Source of the DNA: Candidatus Nanopelagicaceae bacterium | Lineage (GTDB): Bacteria > Actinomycetota > Actinomycetes > Nanopelagicales > Nanopelagicaceae | Assembly (NCBI GenBank): GCA_965658705.1 | Contig: CBFHTP010000001.1 | Span: 931-64,930, forward strand | DNA length: 64,000 nucleotides | Direction of reading: 5' to 3' | Shown: positions 1 through 10,745 of the stretch, piece by piece | Numbering within the stretch: the first letter of the stretch is position 1 | Layout: each line of letters starts with the position of its first letter | The notes under the pieces: generated by a model | What the model was told of the DNA's origin: nothing | The model's input: only the letters and a program-made list of their open reading frames with translations | Databases searched by the model: none | Program-made: the position numbers and the translations under genes

Positions 1-1447
1 GAAGATCAGCGTTTAAATCACTGGCAATTCTTGCTTTTGACGCAAGAGAATTAAGTAATTCAATGTGAGAAAGAAACCATGGATCGATTTTTGTGATTGC
101 AAAGATTTCTTCGATAGTTGCACCTAGTGCCATTGCCTGTTGGCTCTGCTGCAATCGTCTCTCAGTGGGAATCCTCATTTCATCTAGGAGATCTGCAAGC
201 GTAAACCCTTGTAGATCCCAGGAGAAGCTACTCCCCTTCTGCTCTACCGAACGGAGCGCTTTTTGTAAGGCCTCTGGGAAGCTCCTTCCAATTGCCATCG
301 CTTCACCTACAGATTTCATCGTAGTGGTGAGACGATTGTCAGCCTCTGGGAACTTTTCAAATGCGAATCTTGGAACCTTTACAACAACATAATCCAACGA
401 GGGTTCGAATGAGGCTGGCGTAGATTTTGTGATGTCATTCTGAATCTCATCTAAGGTATAACCAATGGCAAGTTTGGTTGCAATCTTTGCAATAGGAAAC
501 CCGGTGGCTTTAGAAGCGAGGGCAGAAGATCTGGATACTCTCGGGTTCATTTCTATGACGACAACTCGTCCATCAACTGGATTGACTGCAAACTGAATAT
601 TGCAACCACCCGTTTCAACTCCAACTTCGCGAATGATTTCTATGGAGAGATCACGAAGTTTCTGATACTCAACATCCGTCAGCGTCATCGCTGGCGCAAC
701 TGTGATTGAATCGCCGGTATGGACTCCCATGGGGTCTACATTTTCGATTGAGCAGATGATGACAACATTGTCTTTGTTGTCACGCATAACCTCAAGTTCA
801 TACTCCTTCCAGCCAATGATCGACTCCTCGAGCAGAACTTCATTCGTTGGGCTGTGGCGCAATCCGGCACCGGCGATCAACTCGAGCTCCTCTTGATTGA
901 AAGCTATCCCTGAGCCCAAGCCACCCATGGTGAACGAGGGCCGAACCACTACCGGGAAGTTGAGTTCTATAGCCGCGACGTGACACTCCTGCATGGAGTG
1001 ACAAATATAAGATCTTGCAGACTCTCCCCCAATCTTGGAGACGATCGCCTTGAAAGTTTCTCGATCTTCCCCGCGATTTATCGCGTCAATACTTGCCCCG
1101 ATAAGACGAGTTCCGTATTTCTCGAATGAGCCGCGCTCATGGAGAGCCATCGCTGCATTAAGTGCGGTTTGTCCGCCAAGTGTCGCCAGTACTGCGTCAG
1201 GGCGTTCCTTATCAAGGATCTTTTCGATAACTTCTGGAGTGATTGGTTCGATGTATGTGGCATCAGCAAACTCGGGATCCGTCATGATTGTTGCTGGGTT
1301 GGAATTGATAAGGATGACGCGAATACCTTCGTCTCGAAGAACACGGCAAGCCTGGGTTCCGGAATAATCAAATTCGCAAGCCTGGCCAATCACTATCGGG
1401 CCACTTCCAATGACAAGCACACTTTTAATTGCGCTATTTCTAGGCAT
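1..1447 (-). CDS. carB: Carbamoyl-phosphate synthase large subunit, N-terminal ~480 codons (3' end lies beyond the window start)
   Basis: Absent from the ORF track because no stop lies in the window. Manual minus-strand translation from ATG 1447 gives [42 protein letters not shown], the canonical CarB ATP-grasp N-terminus. It overlaps the carA stop and sits downstream of carA as in pyr operons. Confidence 0.93.
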   Translation of the reverse strand, partial: MPRNSAIKSVLVIGSGPIVIGQACEFDYSGTQACRVLRDEGIRVILINSNPATIMTDPEFADATYIEPITPEVIEKILDKERPDAVLATLGGQTALNAAMALHERGSFEKYGTRLIGASIDAINRGEDRETFKAIVSKIGGESARSYICHSMQECHVAAIELNFPVVVRPSFTMGGLGSGIAFNQEELELIAGAGLRHSPTNEVLLEESIIGWKEYELEVMRDNKDNVVIICSIENVDPMGVHTGDSITVAPAMTLTDVEYQKLRDLSIEIIREVGVETGGCNIQFAVNPVDGRVVVIEMNPRVSRSSALASKATGFPIAKIATKLAIGYTLDEIQNDITKSTPASFEPSLDYVVVKVPRFAFEKFPEADNRLTTTMKSVGEAMAIGRSFPEALQKALRSVEQKGSSFSWDLQGFTLADLLDEMRIPTERRLQQSQQAMALGATIEEIFAITKIDPWFLSHIELLNSLASKARIASDLNADL

Positions 1448-2570
1448 TTTCGGCCGCCTTCTCCTTGTTCATCAAGTTTACGAAGTGGTCAAAAAGATAA
1501 GAAGCGTCATGCGGACCCGCCGCCGCCTCTGGATGATATTGCACGCTAAATGCTGGGCGCTCTAACAGCTCTAGACCTTCAACTACACCGTCATTCAAAC
1601 CAAGATGACTCACATAGCCAGAGCCATAAACGGTGGTGAAATTTTTATCGATTGGCGCTTCAACAGCGAAACCATGATTGTGAGCCGTAATTTCAACCTT
1701 ACCGCTCTTTACGTTCTGTACCGGCTGATTTATGCCGCGGTGCCCAAAGGGCAGCTTATAGGTAGAAAATCCAAGTGCACGCCCAAGAATCTGATGTCCG
1801 AAACAAATGCCAAATATTGGCATCGAGATGTCCAAGAATCTGCGGACCAGCAGTGTTACTTCATCCATCGCGGCTGGATCACCTGGACCGTTCGACAGAA
1901 AAATTCCATCTGGTTTGATTGACATTATCTCTTCGTAGGTTGAGGAGAGTGGGAAGACGTGTACTTCAATGCCACGTTCTGAGAGATGTCTTGGAGTTGC
2001 CGATTTGATCCCAAGATCAATCGCTGCAACTGTGAATCTCTTTTTCACTTCTTGCGGGGGTGAGACAACGTATTGAGTAGGTGTTGACACATCAGCGGCG
2101 AGAAAGGAGCCACTCATCGCTGGTGTTTCACGTACCTTGCGAATCATTTCATCGTATTCCAATGATGGCCCGGAGAAAATTCCAACTCTCATGCTTCCAC
2201 CCGATCGTAGATGTCTTGTAATCGCTCGCGTATCTACCCCTTGAATTCCCACGATTCCTTCATCAATCAAACGTTCTTCTAGTGAGCTCTGTGCTCTCCA
2301 ACTGCTCACTCTCGGTGCTGGATTTCGAACAACGAAACCAGAAACCCAGATTTTCTTTGACTCCATATCTTCCAGATTCATTCCAGTATTGCCGATATGA
2401 GGAGCAGTCATCAGAACAATCTGCTTGTGATACGACGGATCTGTGAGGGTCTCTTGATAGCCAGTCATCGCTGTCGAAAAAACGGCCTCTCCGAAAGTCT
2501 CTCCTTCGCAGGCCCATGAAAGCCCTTCGAAGATTGCACCATCATCAAGAACAAAATAGGCCTTACCCAT
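1440..2570 (-). CDS. carA: Carbamoyl-phosphate synthase small (glutaminase) subunit
   Basis: 376 aa. The N-terminus [16 protein letters not shown] and the GATase motif FGICFGHQ...HNHG are typical CarA. Overlaps the pyrC stop and the carB start. Confidence 0.95.
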   Translation of the reverse strand: MGKAYFVLDDGAIFEGLSWACEGETFGEAVFSTAMTGYQETLTDPSYHKQIVLMTAPHIGNTGMNLEDMESKKIWVSGFVVRNPAPRVSSWRAQSSLEERLIDEGIVGIQGVDTRAITRHLRSGGSMRVGIFSGPSLEYDEMIRKVRETPAMSGSFLAADVSTPTQYVVSPPQEVKKRFTVAAIDLGIKSATPRHLSERGIEVHVFPLSSTYEEIMSIKPDGIFLSNGPGDPAAMDEVTLLVRRFLDISMPIFGICFGHQILGRALGFSTYKLPFGHRGINQPVQNVKSGKVEITAHNHGFAVEAPIDKNFTTVYGSGYVSHLGLNDGVVEGLELLERPAFSVQYHPEAAAGPHDASYLFDHFVNLMNKEKAAENA

Positions 2571-3882
2571 ACTTTTCTCCTGTGAGTTGCCCGTTTATCA
2601 GAACTGGAACGCCTCGATAAATAGTGTGAAGAACCGACCCAGGAAGCTCTATCCCCTTAAATGGGGTATTCGTGCTCTTAGAGAATATTTCATCTAACTC
2701 GATTTCCCAAGTGGATGAAGGATCAAGCACAAGTACGTTGGCCGGTGCACCTTTTCGTAAATCTTGCCCCTGATTCTGATATCCCGCGATCTCTGCCGGA
2801 TTGGTGGACATCACCTCTGACAATCTCTTCCAACTCATCAAGCCGCTCTGCACCATAGTTTTGATGACTATAGAGAGGGCGGTTTCTAGACCGATCATTC
2901 CATAAGCCGCAGCTCCCCACTCACACTCTTTTGCCTCTGAAGTGTGTGGCGCGTGATCTGTGGCGACGATATCAATCGTTCCATCAGCAAGACCGGCTCG
3001 AAGAGCCTGCACATCAACCGCTGTTCGAAGCGGCGGGTTCACTTTATAAATCGGGTCGTAACTCCTGGCTAGCTCATCGGTGAGCAAGAGATGATGAGGG
3101 GTAACTTCGGCGGTCACCTTAATCCCCCGTTTTTTTGCCCAGCGGATGAGTTCCACACTTCCTGCAGTGGAGACATGGCAGATATGAATTCTGCTATCGA
3201 CCATTTCGGCCAGAAGGACATCGCGAGCAATCACGGCTTCCTCTGCCACTGATGGCCATCCCGTCAGTCCAATCTCTGAAGAAACAATCCCCTCATTCAT
3301 CTGTGCACCGATTGTTAACTGGGGATCCTGGGCATGCTGGGCAATTACGCCATCAAAACTTTTCACGTACTCAAGTGCACGACGCATGACGAGTGAATCA
3401 CTTACGCAATGTCCATCATCGCTAAAGACTCGGACGGATGCAGTTGAATTATTCATCGCAAGAATCTCACTCAACTCAACGCCTGCGAGCCCACGGGTTA
3501 CTGCGCCTATCGGGAAAACGTCACAAAGGCCGGCTTCCTGACCTTTGCGATAAATCAATTCGACAACACCCGCATTATCTGCGACGGGTTGTGTATTCGC
3601 CATCGCGGTTACGGCGGTGAATCCACCTTTAACCGCCGATTGTGAACCAGAGAGGACTGTTTCGGCCTCGACATTTCCTGGCTCTCGAAGGTGAGTGTGC
3701 ATGTCGACAAGCCCCGGAAGTGCAATAGCTCCATGACAATCGATCGCACGAAATCCCGATTTTAGGAAATGGTCTGCTTCAATGATCGAGGAAATTTCTG
3801 AAATTGAACCATCTTTTATGCAGATTGATACTGGTTCTTCATTGCAGATGCGAACATTCACTAATACAAGGTCAGAGTTCAC
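2563..3882 (-). CDS. pyrC: Dihydroorotase
   Basis: 439 aa with the amidohydrolase metal motif [11 protein letters not shown] and the DHAPH motif. GTGA start overlap with the pyrB stop. Confidence 0.93.
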   Translation of the reverse strand: MNSDLVLVNVRICNEEPVSICIKDGSISEISSIIEADHFLKSGFRAIDCHGAIALPGLVDMHTHLREPGNVEAETVLSGSQSAVKGGFTAVTAMANTQPVADNAGVVELIYRKGQEAGLCDVFPIGAVTRGLAGVELSEILAMNNSTASVRVFSDDGHCVSDSLVMRRALEYVKSFDGVIAQHAQDPQLTIGAQMNEGIVSSEIGLTGWPSVAEEAVIARDVLLAEMVDSRIHICHVSTAGSVELIRWAKKRGIKVTAEVTPHHLLLTDELARSYDPIYKVNPPLRTAVDVQALRAGLADGTIDIVATDHAPHTSEAKECEWGAAAYGMIGLETALSIVIKTMVQSGLMSWKRLSEVMSTNPAEIAGYQNQGQDLRKGAPANVLVLDPSSTWEIELDEIFSKSTNTPFKGIELPGSVLHTIYRGVPVLINGQLTGEKYG

Positions 3883-4829
3883 TTTGCCTCATCCTTTCCG
3901 ATTGTCTCAAGTGTTGGACCACCGAGGAGTTGATACAAAACGGCCATTCGTACGATCACACCATTGCGAACTTGCTCGAGAACAACTGATTGTGGTGAAT
4001 CTGCGCCAGCAGCAGAGATTTCCAACCCACGATTCATGGGTCCCGGATGCATGATGATCGCATGGCCTTGCAGTCTCTTCAATCTTTCGGCGCCAAGTCC
4101 ATAATGCGCCGAATACTCACCAGCATTCGGGAAAAAGGCATCCTTCATTCGCTCAAGTTGTACGCGCAGCATCATGACGACGTCATACGTATCTAGTTCA
4201 TCATCAAAACTATAAGAGCGCTTACAAGGCCATGAGTCGATCCCAACTGGAAGCAGGGTCGGAGGAGCAATGACAGTTACTTTGGCGCCAAGTTTGCTCA
4301 GCAAAGAGACATTGCTTCGCGCAACTCGTGAGTGCAGGATATCTCCAACTATCGCAATCTTTAAATCAGAAATTTGTGGAAAGTGCTGGGTGATGGTGAA
4401 CGCATCAAGCAAAGCTTGAGTGGGGTGCTCGTGAGTGCCATCTCCAGCGCTAATGATCGATGAGTTCACCCAGCCGGCATCAACAATCCGTGCCGGCGCG
4501 CCGGATGAATGGTGTCTGATAATAAATGCATCAGCTCCCATGGCTTCCAGTGTCTGAACCGTATCCTTCAGGCTCTCTCCCTTACTGACGCTCGAGCCCT
4601 TCGCCGAGAAATTGATTACGTTAGCTGACAATCGTTTTGCTGCTGCCTCAAAAGAGAGCCTTGTCCGCGTGGAATCTTCGAAGAAGAGATTAACGATGGT
4701 TCTTCCTCGAAGGGTTGGAAGAATCCGTGCTTCACCAGTTGTGAGTGAGGCCAAACTTGAGGCGGTGTGGAAGATCGAGTTTGCATCCTCGACGCTCACG
4801 TCATTGATACTCAAAAGATGCTTGATCAT
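3879..4829 (-). CDS. pyrB: Aspartate carbamoyltransferase catalytic subunit
   Basis: 316 aa with the STRTR motif ([11 protein letters not shown]) and [12 protein letters not shown] motifs. ATGA overlap with pyrR. Confidence 0.95.
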   Translation of the reverse strand: MIKHLLSINDVSVEDANSIFHTASSLASLTTGEARILPTLRGRTIVNLFFEDSTRTRLSFEAAAKRLSANVINFSAKGSSVSKGESLKDTVQTLEAMGADAFIIRHHSSGAPARIVDAGWVNSSIISAGDGTHEHPTQALLDAFTITQHFPQISDLKIAIVGDILHSRVARSNVSLLSKLGAKVTVIAPPTLLPVGIDSWPCKRSYSFDDELDTYDVVMMLRVQLERMKDAFFPNAGEYSAHYGLGAERLKRLQGHAIIMHPGPMNRGLEISAAGADSPQSVVLEQVRNGVIVRMAVLYQLLGGPTLETIGKDEAK

Positions 4830-5356
4830 CGCTCGTCCACGATTCTTACTGAATCCTCGGTATCGATTTCGGCGAGCGAAACTTTGACGCTCTCTTTTTT
4901 GGATGTGGGGATGTTCTTCCCTACATAATCTGCCCGAATGGGAAGCTCGCGATGGCCGCGATCAACAAGAACGGCCAATTGAACGCTCTTAGGTCGTCCG
5001 AGTTCACCGATAGCATCTAGCGCAGCTCGAATTGTTCTTCCCGAGAAGAGAACATCATCTACAAGAACGACATCTTTTCCTTCTACCCCACCCGGCGGAA
5101 GATGCGAGGTGGTAATTGCGCGCGGCGGGCGAAGCCGTAAGTCATCGCGATGAAGAGTGATGTCGAGCGTTCCAGAGCTCACCCCAGAACCCTCGATACC
5201 CTGAATATTTCGTTGCAATCGCTGGCACAAATGAACTCCACGCGTGGGGATGCCCATCAAAACTACGTTGGAAGGCCCGTGGTTGTGTTCAAGAATTTCA
5301 TGGGCAATTCGCATAAGGGCGCGATTGATTTCAGCGCTATCTAGCACAAGATTCAT
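4826..5356 (-). CDS. pyrR: Bifunctional pyrimidine operon regulator / uracil phosphoribosyltransferase PyrR
   Basis: 176 aa with the PRTase motif [17 protein letters not shown]. First gene of the pyrR-pyrB-pyrC-carAB operon. Confidence 0.93.
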   Translation of the reverse strand: MNLVLDSAEINRALMRIAHEILEHNHGPSNVVLMGIPTRGVHLCQRLQRNIQGIEGSGVSSGTLDITLHRDDLRLRPPRAITTSHLPPGGVEGKDVVLVDDVLFSGRTIRAALDAIGELGRPKSVQLAVLVDRGHRELPIRADYVGKNIPTSKKESVKVSLAEIDTEDSVRIVDER

Positions 5357-5361
5357 ATCTA

Positions 5362-5396
5362 CTCCTTCGCCGCCTCACAGGACGGATCGTTAAAGG
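5362..5396 (-). promoter_or_regulatory. Candidate PyrR-binding RNA loop overlapping the pyrR Shine-Dalgarno
   Basis: The minus-strand RNA reads CCUUUAACGAUCCGUCCUGUGAGGCGGCGAAGGAG, followed by UAGAU and AUG. The core CCG-UCC-UGUGAGG-CGG resembles the PyrR binding loop CAG-UCC-AGAGAGG-CUG. The flanking CACCUUU can pair with the SD GAAGGAG. Confidence 0.6.
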
Positions 5397-5463
5397 TGTT
5401 GCCGAAGGATACCACCTGTGGAGAACTTTGATCGCTCTCTCGCGTGGCGGGCTATCTTGTGCC

Positions 5464-5991
5464 ATGGAGAAAAACCAGAAATCCGAGAATCTAACGATCG
5501 ACCAACTTCGCGAGATTTCACAATCGCTCAAGGATGTCAGGCGACAGAAGGGATTGACCTTAAGAGAGGTCGAGCGGATATCAGAAGGGAAATGGAAAGC
5601 AGTTGTCATCGGATCCTATGAACGAATGGACCGGGCGCTGACTCTCAAGAGAGCCCTTGAATTAGCCCGATTCTATGAACTCCCGCTAGCGCAGCTGCTT
5701 GGCCTATCTCGAGGAAATTCATTACATTCAAATTCAGAAGGCGATGCAGTTGCTCGTGAACTCAGGTTGGATCTACGAAGGTTACGAAGCACGCCGGAAT
5801 TCGAGGTTTCCGCCCTTGGTCGATTCATTAGTTCCATTTGTCAAGAACGCCAAGACTGGAACGGTGAAGTCCTGACACTTAGACGCGGTGACCATTTAGC
5901 AATCAGTGCACTCTGCGGTGCCCCTGAAGGAGAACTGATTGATTGGTTTGAGAAGAGAGGAGTTCTCTTTAAATCGCGAGTGAGGGCTTGA
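5464..5991 (+). CDS. bldD: BldD-like XRE-family transcriptional regulator (HTH N-domain plus c-di-GMP-binding C-domain)
   Basis: The ORF track starts at 5428; I prefer ATG 5464 (MEKNQ). GLTLREVERISEGKWKAVVIGSYERMDRALTLKRALELARFYELP closely resembles Streptomyces BldD. The C-domain carries RQD-WNGEVLTL-RRGD, which fits RXD-X8-RXXD. The position divergent from pyrR and next to nusB/efp matches Streptomyces synteny (from memory). Confidence 0.85.
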   Translation: MEKNQKSENLTIDQLREISQSLKDVRRQKGLTLREVERISEGKWKAVVIGSYERMDRALTLKRALELARFYELPLAQLLGLSRGNSLHSNSEGDAVARELRLDLRRLRSTPEFEVSALGRFISSICQERQDWNGEVLTLRRGDHLAISALCGAPEGELIDWFEKRGVLFKSRVRA

Positions 5992-6376
5992 GCACGATCA
6001 GACGGCCAAGAATTCCATTGATATAACTCGCGGAGTTCTCAGTCGAAAGTTCTTGGGCAAGGTTTACCGCCTCCGAAGCTGCAATCTTCTCGTCAACTTC
6101 TGGGCTCCAAAGAATCTCAAAAATTGCCACTCGCAGGATATTCCGGTCAAGAGCGGGCATACGATCGGTCTCCCAGCCTTCTGCATAGGTTGAGATCAGC
6201 TCTTCAATTCTTGACGAGTGCTCAGCTACTCCCGCCAGGATTTCTTTTACATACTGCTCCTGTGAGAGGTCGCTCTCCCCCCGAGGTTCATAAATTTCGG
6301 TAGCAGTTAATCCACGGATATCAGCCTCATAGAGAAAATCTAAGGCACGCTTCCTAGCCTTTCTGCGCGCTCCCAT
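5969..6376 (-). CDS. nusB: Transcription antitermination factor NusB
   Basis: 135 aa with an N-terminal ARRKARKRALDFLYEADI NusB signature. Lies downstream of efp. Confidence 0.92.
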   Translation of the reverse strand: MGARRKARKRALDFLYEADIRGLTATEIYEPRGESDLSQEQYVKEILAGVAEHSSRIEELISTYAEGWETDRMPALDRNILRVAIFEILWSPEVDEKIAASEAVNLAQELSTENSASYINGILGRLIVLKPSLAI

Positions 6377-6936
6377 TAATTTGCGCGGCCGAGATATTCG
6401 CCCGTGCGAGTGTCGACCAAGATCTTCTCATCCGGTTTGATGAATAGTGGCACTGCAACATTGATTCCGGTTTCAACAGTAGCTGGTTTGGTTCCACCTG
6501 ATGAACGATCACCTTGTAACCCTGGCTCGGTGTAAGTGACGATGAGCTCGACAGATGCAGGAAGCTCGATGTAGAGCGGACTACCCTCGTGAATAGCGAC
6601 GATACACTCCATGTTTTCTAGCATGAAATTTGCAGCATCACCAACTACCGAATTTCCGACAGTGATTTGATCGTAAGTTTTTGAATCCATGAAAACAAAA
6701 TCTTCACCATCTTTATAAAGAAAGGTCATATCGTTCTTCTCTAAAATCGCAATTTCGATTTTAACGCCCGCGTTTAATGTTCGCTCGACAACTTTTCCAG
6801 ATAGCACTTGACGCATCTTGGTGCGAACAAAAGCAGGACCCTTACCTGGTTTCACATGCTGGAATTCAATGACTGTCCAAAGTTGGCCATCAATATCAAG
6901 CGTCATGCCATTCTTGAGGTCATTCGTCGTTGCCAT
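6376..6936 (-). CDS. efp: Elongation factor P
   Basis: The track ORF extends to 6981. The canonical EF-P N-terminus [10 protein letters not shown] starts at ATG 6936, giving 186 aa. The [12 protein letters not shown] loop is present. Confidence 0.93.
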   Translation of the reverse strand: MATTNDLKNGMTLDIDGQLWTVIEFQHVKPGKGPAFVRTKMRQVLSGKVVERTLNAGVKIEIAILEKNDMTFLYKDGEDFVFMDSKTYDQITVGNSVVGDAANFMLENMECIVAIHEGSPLYIELPASVELIVTYTEPGLQGDRSSGGTKPATVETGINVAVPLFIKPDEKILVDTRTGEYLGRAN

Positions 6937-6998
6937 CTGCCATCCATCTCGTGAGGGGTCGTTTATTCGGCGATTATCCAAAGCCTGAAGAATACCTG

Positions 6999-7427
6999 CT
7001 AAACCAACGACTTCAGCGCAATCAGGGCTAACCGATAGGAATCCGCACCAAACCCAGCGATTGTTCCTTTGACGACTCCAGAAATTACCGAAGTGTGCCG
7101 AAATTCCTCTCGACTGAGTGGATTACTTAGATGGACCTCAATCACCGGAGCCTTAAGCATCTCTACTGCATCCCGAATAGCATAGGAGTAATGAGTGAAC
7201 GCCGCGGGATTGAAAATTACTGGAATATTTCCATCTGCTGCCTCATGTAGCCAAGTGATCAATTCAGTTTCAGAGTCAGATTGACGGACTTCTACATCAA
7301 AACCGATCGTGCCCGCCTCGGCGGTAATAAATTTTGTAAGTACAGCGAAATCCATTTCACCATAAATTAACGATGAGCGTAGATCAAGTCTGCCAAGATT
7401 GGGGCCGTTAAGAACAAGAACCTTCAT
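6999..7427 (-). CDS. aroQ: Type II 3-dehydroquinate dehydratase
   Basis: 142 aa; [14 protein letters not shown] and HLSN motifs. Confidence 0.93.
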   Translation of the reverse strand: MKVLVLNGPNLGRLDLRSSLIYGEMDFAVLTKFITAEAGTIGFDVEVRQSDSETELITWLHEAADGNIPVIFNPAAFTHYSYAIRDAVEMLKAPVIEVHLSNPLSREEFRHTSVISGVVKGTIAGFGADSYRLALIALKSLV

Positions 7428-8473
7428 GCGAGAATCGTCTCATAGGCAGATTTAGACTCTTCAACCGAAACACCCTCAAACCAAACTGGCTTGCCGATTT
7501 CGGTGAGTCCTATAAACCTTAAGATCGAATTTCTTGATTTCTTATCTCCTTGCATTGAGATGAGCAATTCGTCCCATTGCGCATACTCCGATGGCAGCGT
7601 GGTTGGAAGGTCGAGACGCTTGAATAAGGAAATTACGCGACTTGTGACGCTCGAAGGCAGTTGCGCCAGAGATTCACTAAGACGCAGCGCATAGATAACT
7701 CCGATTGCCACAGCCTCGCCATGTCTCAAGGAATACTTTGATTGCTTCTCAACCGCATGACCAAAAGTATGGCCAAAATTGAGAATCTCTCGCAATTTGC
7801 CCTCTTGAAAGTCAGCGCTGACAACTCGAGCTTTAACGTGAATGCTCTTTGCTATCAACTTGATCGCTACGCTTCGAAGGCTCGATGTCGATTCGCACAA
7901 GTCAAGAATCGAAGAGTCTTCTATTAATCCAGTCTTAATAACCTCTGCCATTCCAGCGTTGAAATCTCGATCGCTCAAGGTGTCAAGGAACGTTGCGTCG
8001 ATGAGTACAGCGCTAGGTGAGTGAAAAGCCCCAATTAAGTTCTTCCCAGCCTCGGCATTGATTCCTGTTTTGCCACCGACTGAAGCATCAACCATCCCGG
8101 CCAGAGTTGTAGGGACGGCATACCATTGAACCCCTCGCAGCCAAGAAGCCGCCGCAAATCCAGCGAGGTCAGTTGTGGCGCCTCCTCCAAATCCAACGAG
8201 GGCATCTAATCTGCCTAGACTAATTTCTGCGCATTGCTCCCACAATTTCTCTAAAACAGAGATCGACTTTTGGGATTCACCAGATGGAGTCGAAAAAAAT
8301 GAAACATGAGTAAGACTATGTGAATTGATAAATTTTTCTACGTGGCTTGCGAGTTCGGCTGGGACAATGAAAAGGACTTTCTGATGAGACGTGATGAGCT
8401 CGATTAATTCTTCTTGCCAATTGCAGCCCACAACGACGGAGTAAGTTCGCTCAGCTTGAACGTGAATCCTCAT
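7424..8473 (-). CDS. aroB: 3-dehydroquinate synthase
   Basis: 349 aa; GGGATTDLAGFAA and GHTFGHA motifs. 4-nt overlaps with aroQ and aroK. Confidence 0.92.
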   Translation of the reverse strand: MRIHVQAERTYSVVVGCNWQEELIELITSHQKVLFIVPAELASHVEKFINSHSLTHVSFFSTPSGESQKSISVLEKLWEQCAEISLGRLDALVGFGGGATTDLAGFAAASWLRGVQWYAVPTTLAGMVDASVGGKTGINAEAGKNLIGAFHSPSAVLIDATFLDTLSDRDFNAGMAEVIKTGLIEDSSILDLCESTSSLRSVAIKLIAKSIHVKARVVSADFQEGKLREILNFGHTFGHAVEKQSKYSLRHGEAVAIGVIYALRLSESLAQLPSSVTSRVISLFKRLDLPTTLPSEYAQWDELLISMQGDKKSRNSILRFIGLTEIGKPVWFEGVSVEESKSAYETILA

Positions 8474-9006
8474 TTTTTACCTTCACCTGTGTCGGTGGCG
8501 CGTTCTGCAATGAGAAGTGAGATCTCCTTCGCAACTTCACTTGGTTTTTTTGAATCAGTGCTGATCGTTGTATCTGATAGCGATTTGTAGATCGGTAACC
8601 GATCTTGGAGCAATTTTTGCCAAGTCTGTCTTGGGTTGACGAGAAGCAAAGGACGATCTTTGTTAAATCCAATCCTGGGTGCCGCCTGACCTATCCCAAC
8701 TTCCAGAAATATTTTTAGGGCAGATGAAGAATGAATGAGTTTTCGCGTAGCCGCATCTAGAATCGATCCTCCACCAAGTGCTACTACCCCATCTTCAAAG
8801 ATAAGGGCTTGTGCGACGACTTCTGATTCAATCTTTCGAAAAAATGGCTCTCCATTTTCGATAAAGATGGCCGAGATCTTCATTCCAGCACGTACCTCAA
8901 TCAGTGCGTCGGTATCGGAAAAACTCACACCAAGTAATTTTGAGAGAGCACGTCCGACCGTAGATTTTCCGGATCCTGGTGGACCCATCAATACCGCTAA
9001 CGGCAT
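8470..9006 (-). CDS. aroK: Shikimate kinase
   Basis: 178 aa; Walker A GPPGSGKST followed by DTD. Lies in the aro operon. Confidence 0.92.
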   Translation of the reverse strand: MPLAVLMGPPGSGKSTVGRALSKLLGVSFSDTDALIEVRAGMKISAIFIENGEPFFRKIESEVVAQALIFEDGVVALGGGSILDAATRKLIHSSSALKIFLEVGIGQAAPRIGFNKDRPLLLVNPRQTWQKLLQDRLPIYKSLSDTTISTDSKKPSEVAKEISLLIAERATDTGEGKK

Positions 9007-10190
9007 TACTTCACACCAATATTTTGCAGATATGCTTCAAAATTGCGGCGAACTTCTGCAACCGAATCGCCTCCGAATTTCTCCAATACTGCATCAGCCA
9101 AAACCAGCGCAACCATTGCTTCCGCAACAATTCCAGAAGCCGGAACCGCGCAAACATCTGAGCGTTGATTGATCGCTTTTGCAGCTTCACCAGTAGCGGT
9201 GTCAATAGTATCTAGCGCTTTTGGCACAGTTGAAATCGGCTTCATTGCTGCACGCACTCTCAGAACTTCACCGTTGGACATTCCACCTTCAGTTCCACCA
9301 GCACGATCAGTTCGGCGAACGATCTTTCCGGAAGTATCACGTTCGATCTCATCATGAGCAACTGAACCTCGTCGTTTCGCCGTTGAGAACCCATCTCCAA
9401 TTTCAACACCTTTGATTGCTTGAATACCCATAATCGCAGCGGCGAGCTTGGCATCAAGGCGACGATCCCAATGAGTGTGTGAACCCAAACCAGGAGGTAG
9501 ATGGAATGCCAACACTTCGGTGACTCCCCCTAATGTGTCACCAGATGAGTGTGCATCTGCAATCTCAGCAACCATGGCCGCACTCACCGACGGATCTGCA
9601 CAACGAACGGGATCCTCATCAACTCGATCTCGATCTGAATAAGAAGGAAGAGGGTTCTCATCTGAAACACTTACACCACCGATTGATAAGACGTGGCTCA
9701 TAATCTGGATTCCAACGCTCTGTTCAAGGAAGGCTCGAGCGATTGCTCCTAGCGCAACCCTGGCAGCGGTTTCACGTGCGCTTGCTCTTTCTAAGATTGG
9801 CCGGGCATCATCAAAACCATATTTTTGCATCCCGACAAGATCGGCATGGCCCGGTCTTGGTCTGGTCAGTGGTGCGTTTCGAGCCAGATCAGCAAGTTCA
9901 GATTCCGGAACAGGATTCGGTGACATTACCTTCTCCCATTTAGGCCATTCAGAATTACCTACGGTAAGGGAAATTGGCCCACCTTGCGTAGAACCATGTC
10001 GGACGCCGCCAAGAATTGTGACGACATCGGCCTCAAAATTTTGCCTCGCACCGCGACCAACTCCAAGGCGGCGGCGACGGAGATCCCGATCGATTGCATC
10101 AGTATCAATACTGACATGGGCTGGTAGCCCTTCTAATATCGCGGTGAGAGCAGGGCCGTGAGATTCACCTGCGGTTAACCAACGCAACAT
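9006..10190 (-). CDS. aroC: Chorismate synthase
   Basis: 394 aa; [14 protein letters not shown]-terminus and a [10 protein letters not shown]-like motif. Confidence 0.95.
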   Translation of the reverse strand: MLRWLTAGESHGPALTAILEGLPAHVSIDTDAIDRDLRRRRLGVGRGARQNFEADVVTILGGVRHGSTQGGPISLTVGNSEWPKWEKVMSPNPVPESELADLARNAPLTRPRPGHADLVGMQKYGFDDARPILERASARETAARVALGAIARAFLEQSVGIQIMSHVLSIGGVSVSDENPLPSYSDRDRVDEDPVRCADPSVSAAMVAEIADAHSSGDTLGGVTEVLAFHLPPGLGSHTHWDRRLDAKLAAAIMGIQAIKGVEIGDGFSTAKRRGSVAHDEIERDTSGKIVRRTDRAGGTEGGMSNGEVLRVRAAMKPISTVPKALDTIDTATGEAAKAINQRSDVCAVPASGIVAEAMVALVLADAVLEKFGGDSVAEVRRNFEAYLQNIGVK

Positions 10191-10281
10191 CTCTTACCCA
10201 CTCATAATCGTTGAAAGGCAATCGCTCTGACCGCCGAGGGGGTAATTCTTGCAGATAATGTGGGTCTGCTGCTTCACCTTC

Positions 10282-10704
10282 TCACAGTGAAATGAGCGCG
10301 GCAAAAATGAGGGCGGGTGCAAATGCAATCCCGTTCGGGGATATTCCGCCTCGAAAGCTCTTAAATTTCTTCAAGAGATACATGGCTCCAGCGATGAAAG
10401 TTGCGAAAAACATCGCCACCGTAAAACGAAGTGGGGTACCTAAAAGAAGGGCGAGGATTGCAATGAGTTTAATATCACCACCCCCAATGCCTGATTTTAA
10501 GGCTCCAATCGGAATGCACATAGTGAGCGCCAATAAGAATGTCAGCCCTGCTTTTGGTAGCAGGTGTGGTGAATAGGAGTAACCGATCAGGGTCAATACC
10601 AACAAAGTCACGATGCTCCTATTGGAAATCTCTCGATATTTCAGATCCTTGATTGCTATGAATGAACCGACAGTTAATAGAGTCACGAGCAAGAAAATGT
10701 GCAT
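10282..10704 (-). CDS. Small A24-family prepilin peptidase-like membrane protein
   Basis: 140 aa and polytopic. Both catalytic-Asp contexts are present (IKDLKYREISN and GGGDIKL). The position between aroE and aroC is conserved in actinobacteria. Confidence 0.75.
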   Translation of the reverse strand: MHIFLLVTLLTVGSFIAIKDLKYREISNRSIVTLLVLTLIGYSYSPHLLPKAGLTFLLALTMCIPIGALKSGIGGGDIKLIAILALLLGTPLRFTVAMFFATFIAGAMYLLKKFKSFRGGISPNGIAFAPALIFAALISL

Positions 10705-10745
10705 AGGCGCAAGGTAGCCACGCCTTACAAGATGAAAGGCTTCCT

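Noticed and set aside
5357-5463. BldD autoregulatory box (TNAC-N5-GTNA palindrome) in the pyrR-bldD intergenic region
   Set aside because: Scanning by eye found no match with correct spacing, only TCAC...GTTA with 10-nt spacing.
6937-6981. N-terminal extensions in the longest-ORF calls for efp (to 6981), ruvA (to 27857), ctaF (to 52781), erpA (to 57941), the BtuF-like gene (from 60954), the PIM acyltransferase (to 34526), DUF3043 (from 58952) and bldD (from 5428)
   Set aside because: The extensions overlap upstream genes or regulatory RNA and lack homology. Internal starts reproduce canonical N-termini and give ATGA/TGATG coupling junctions.
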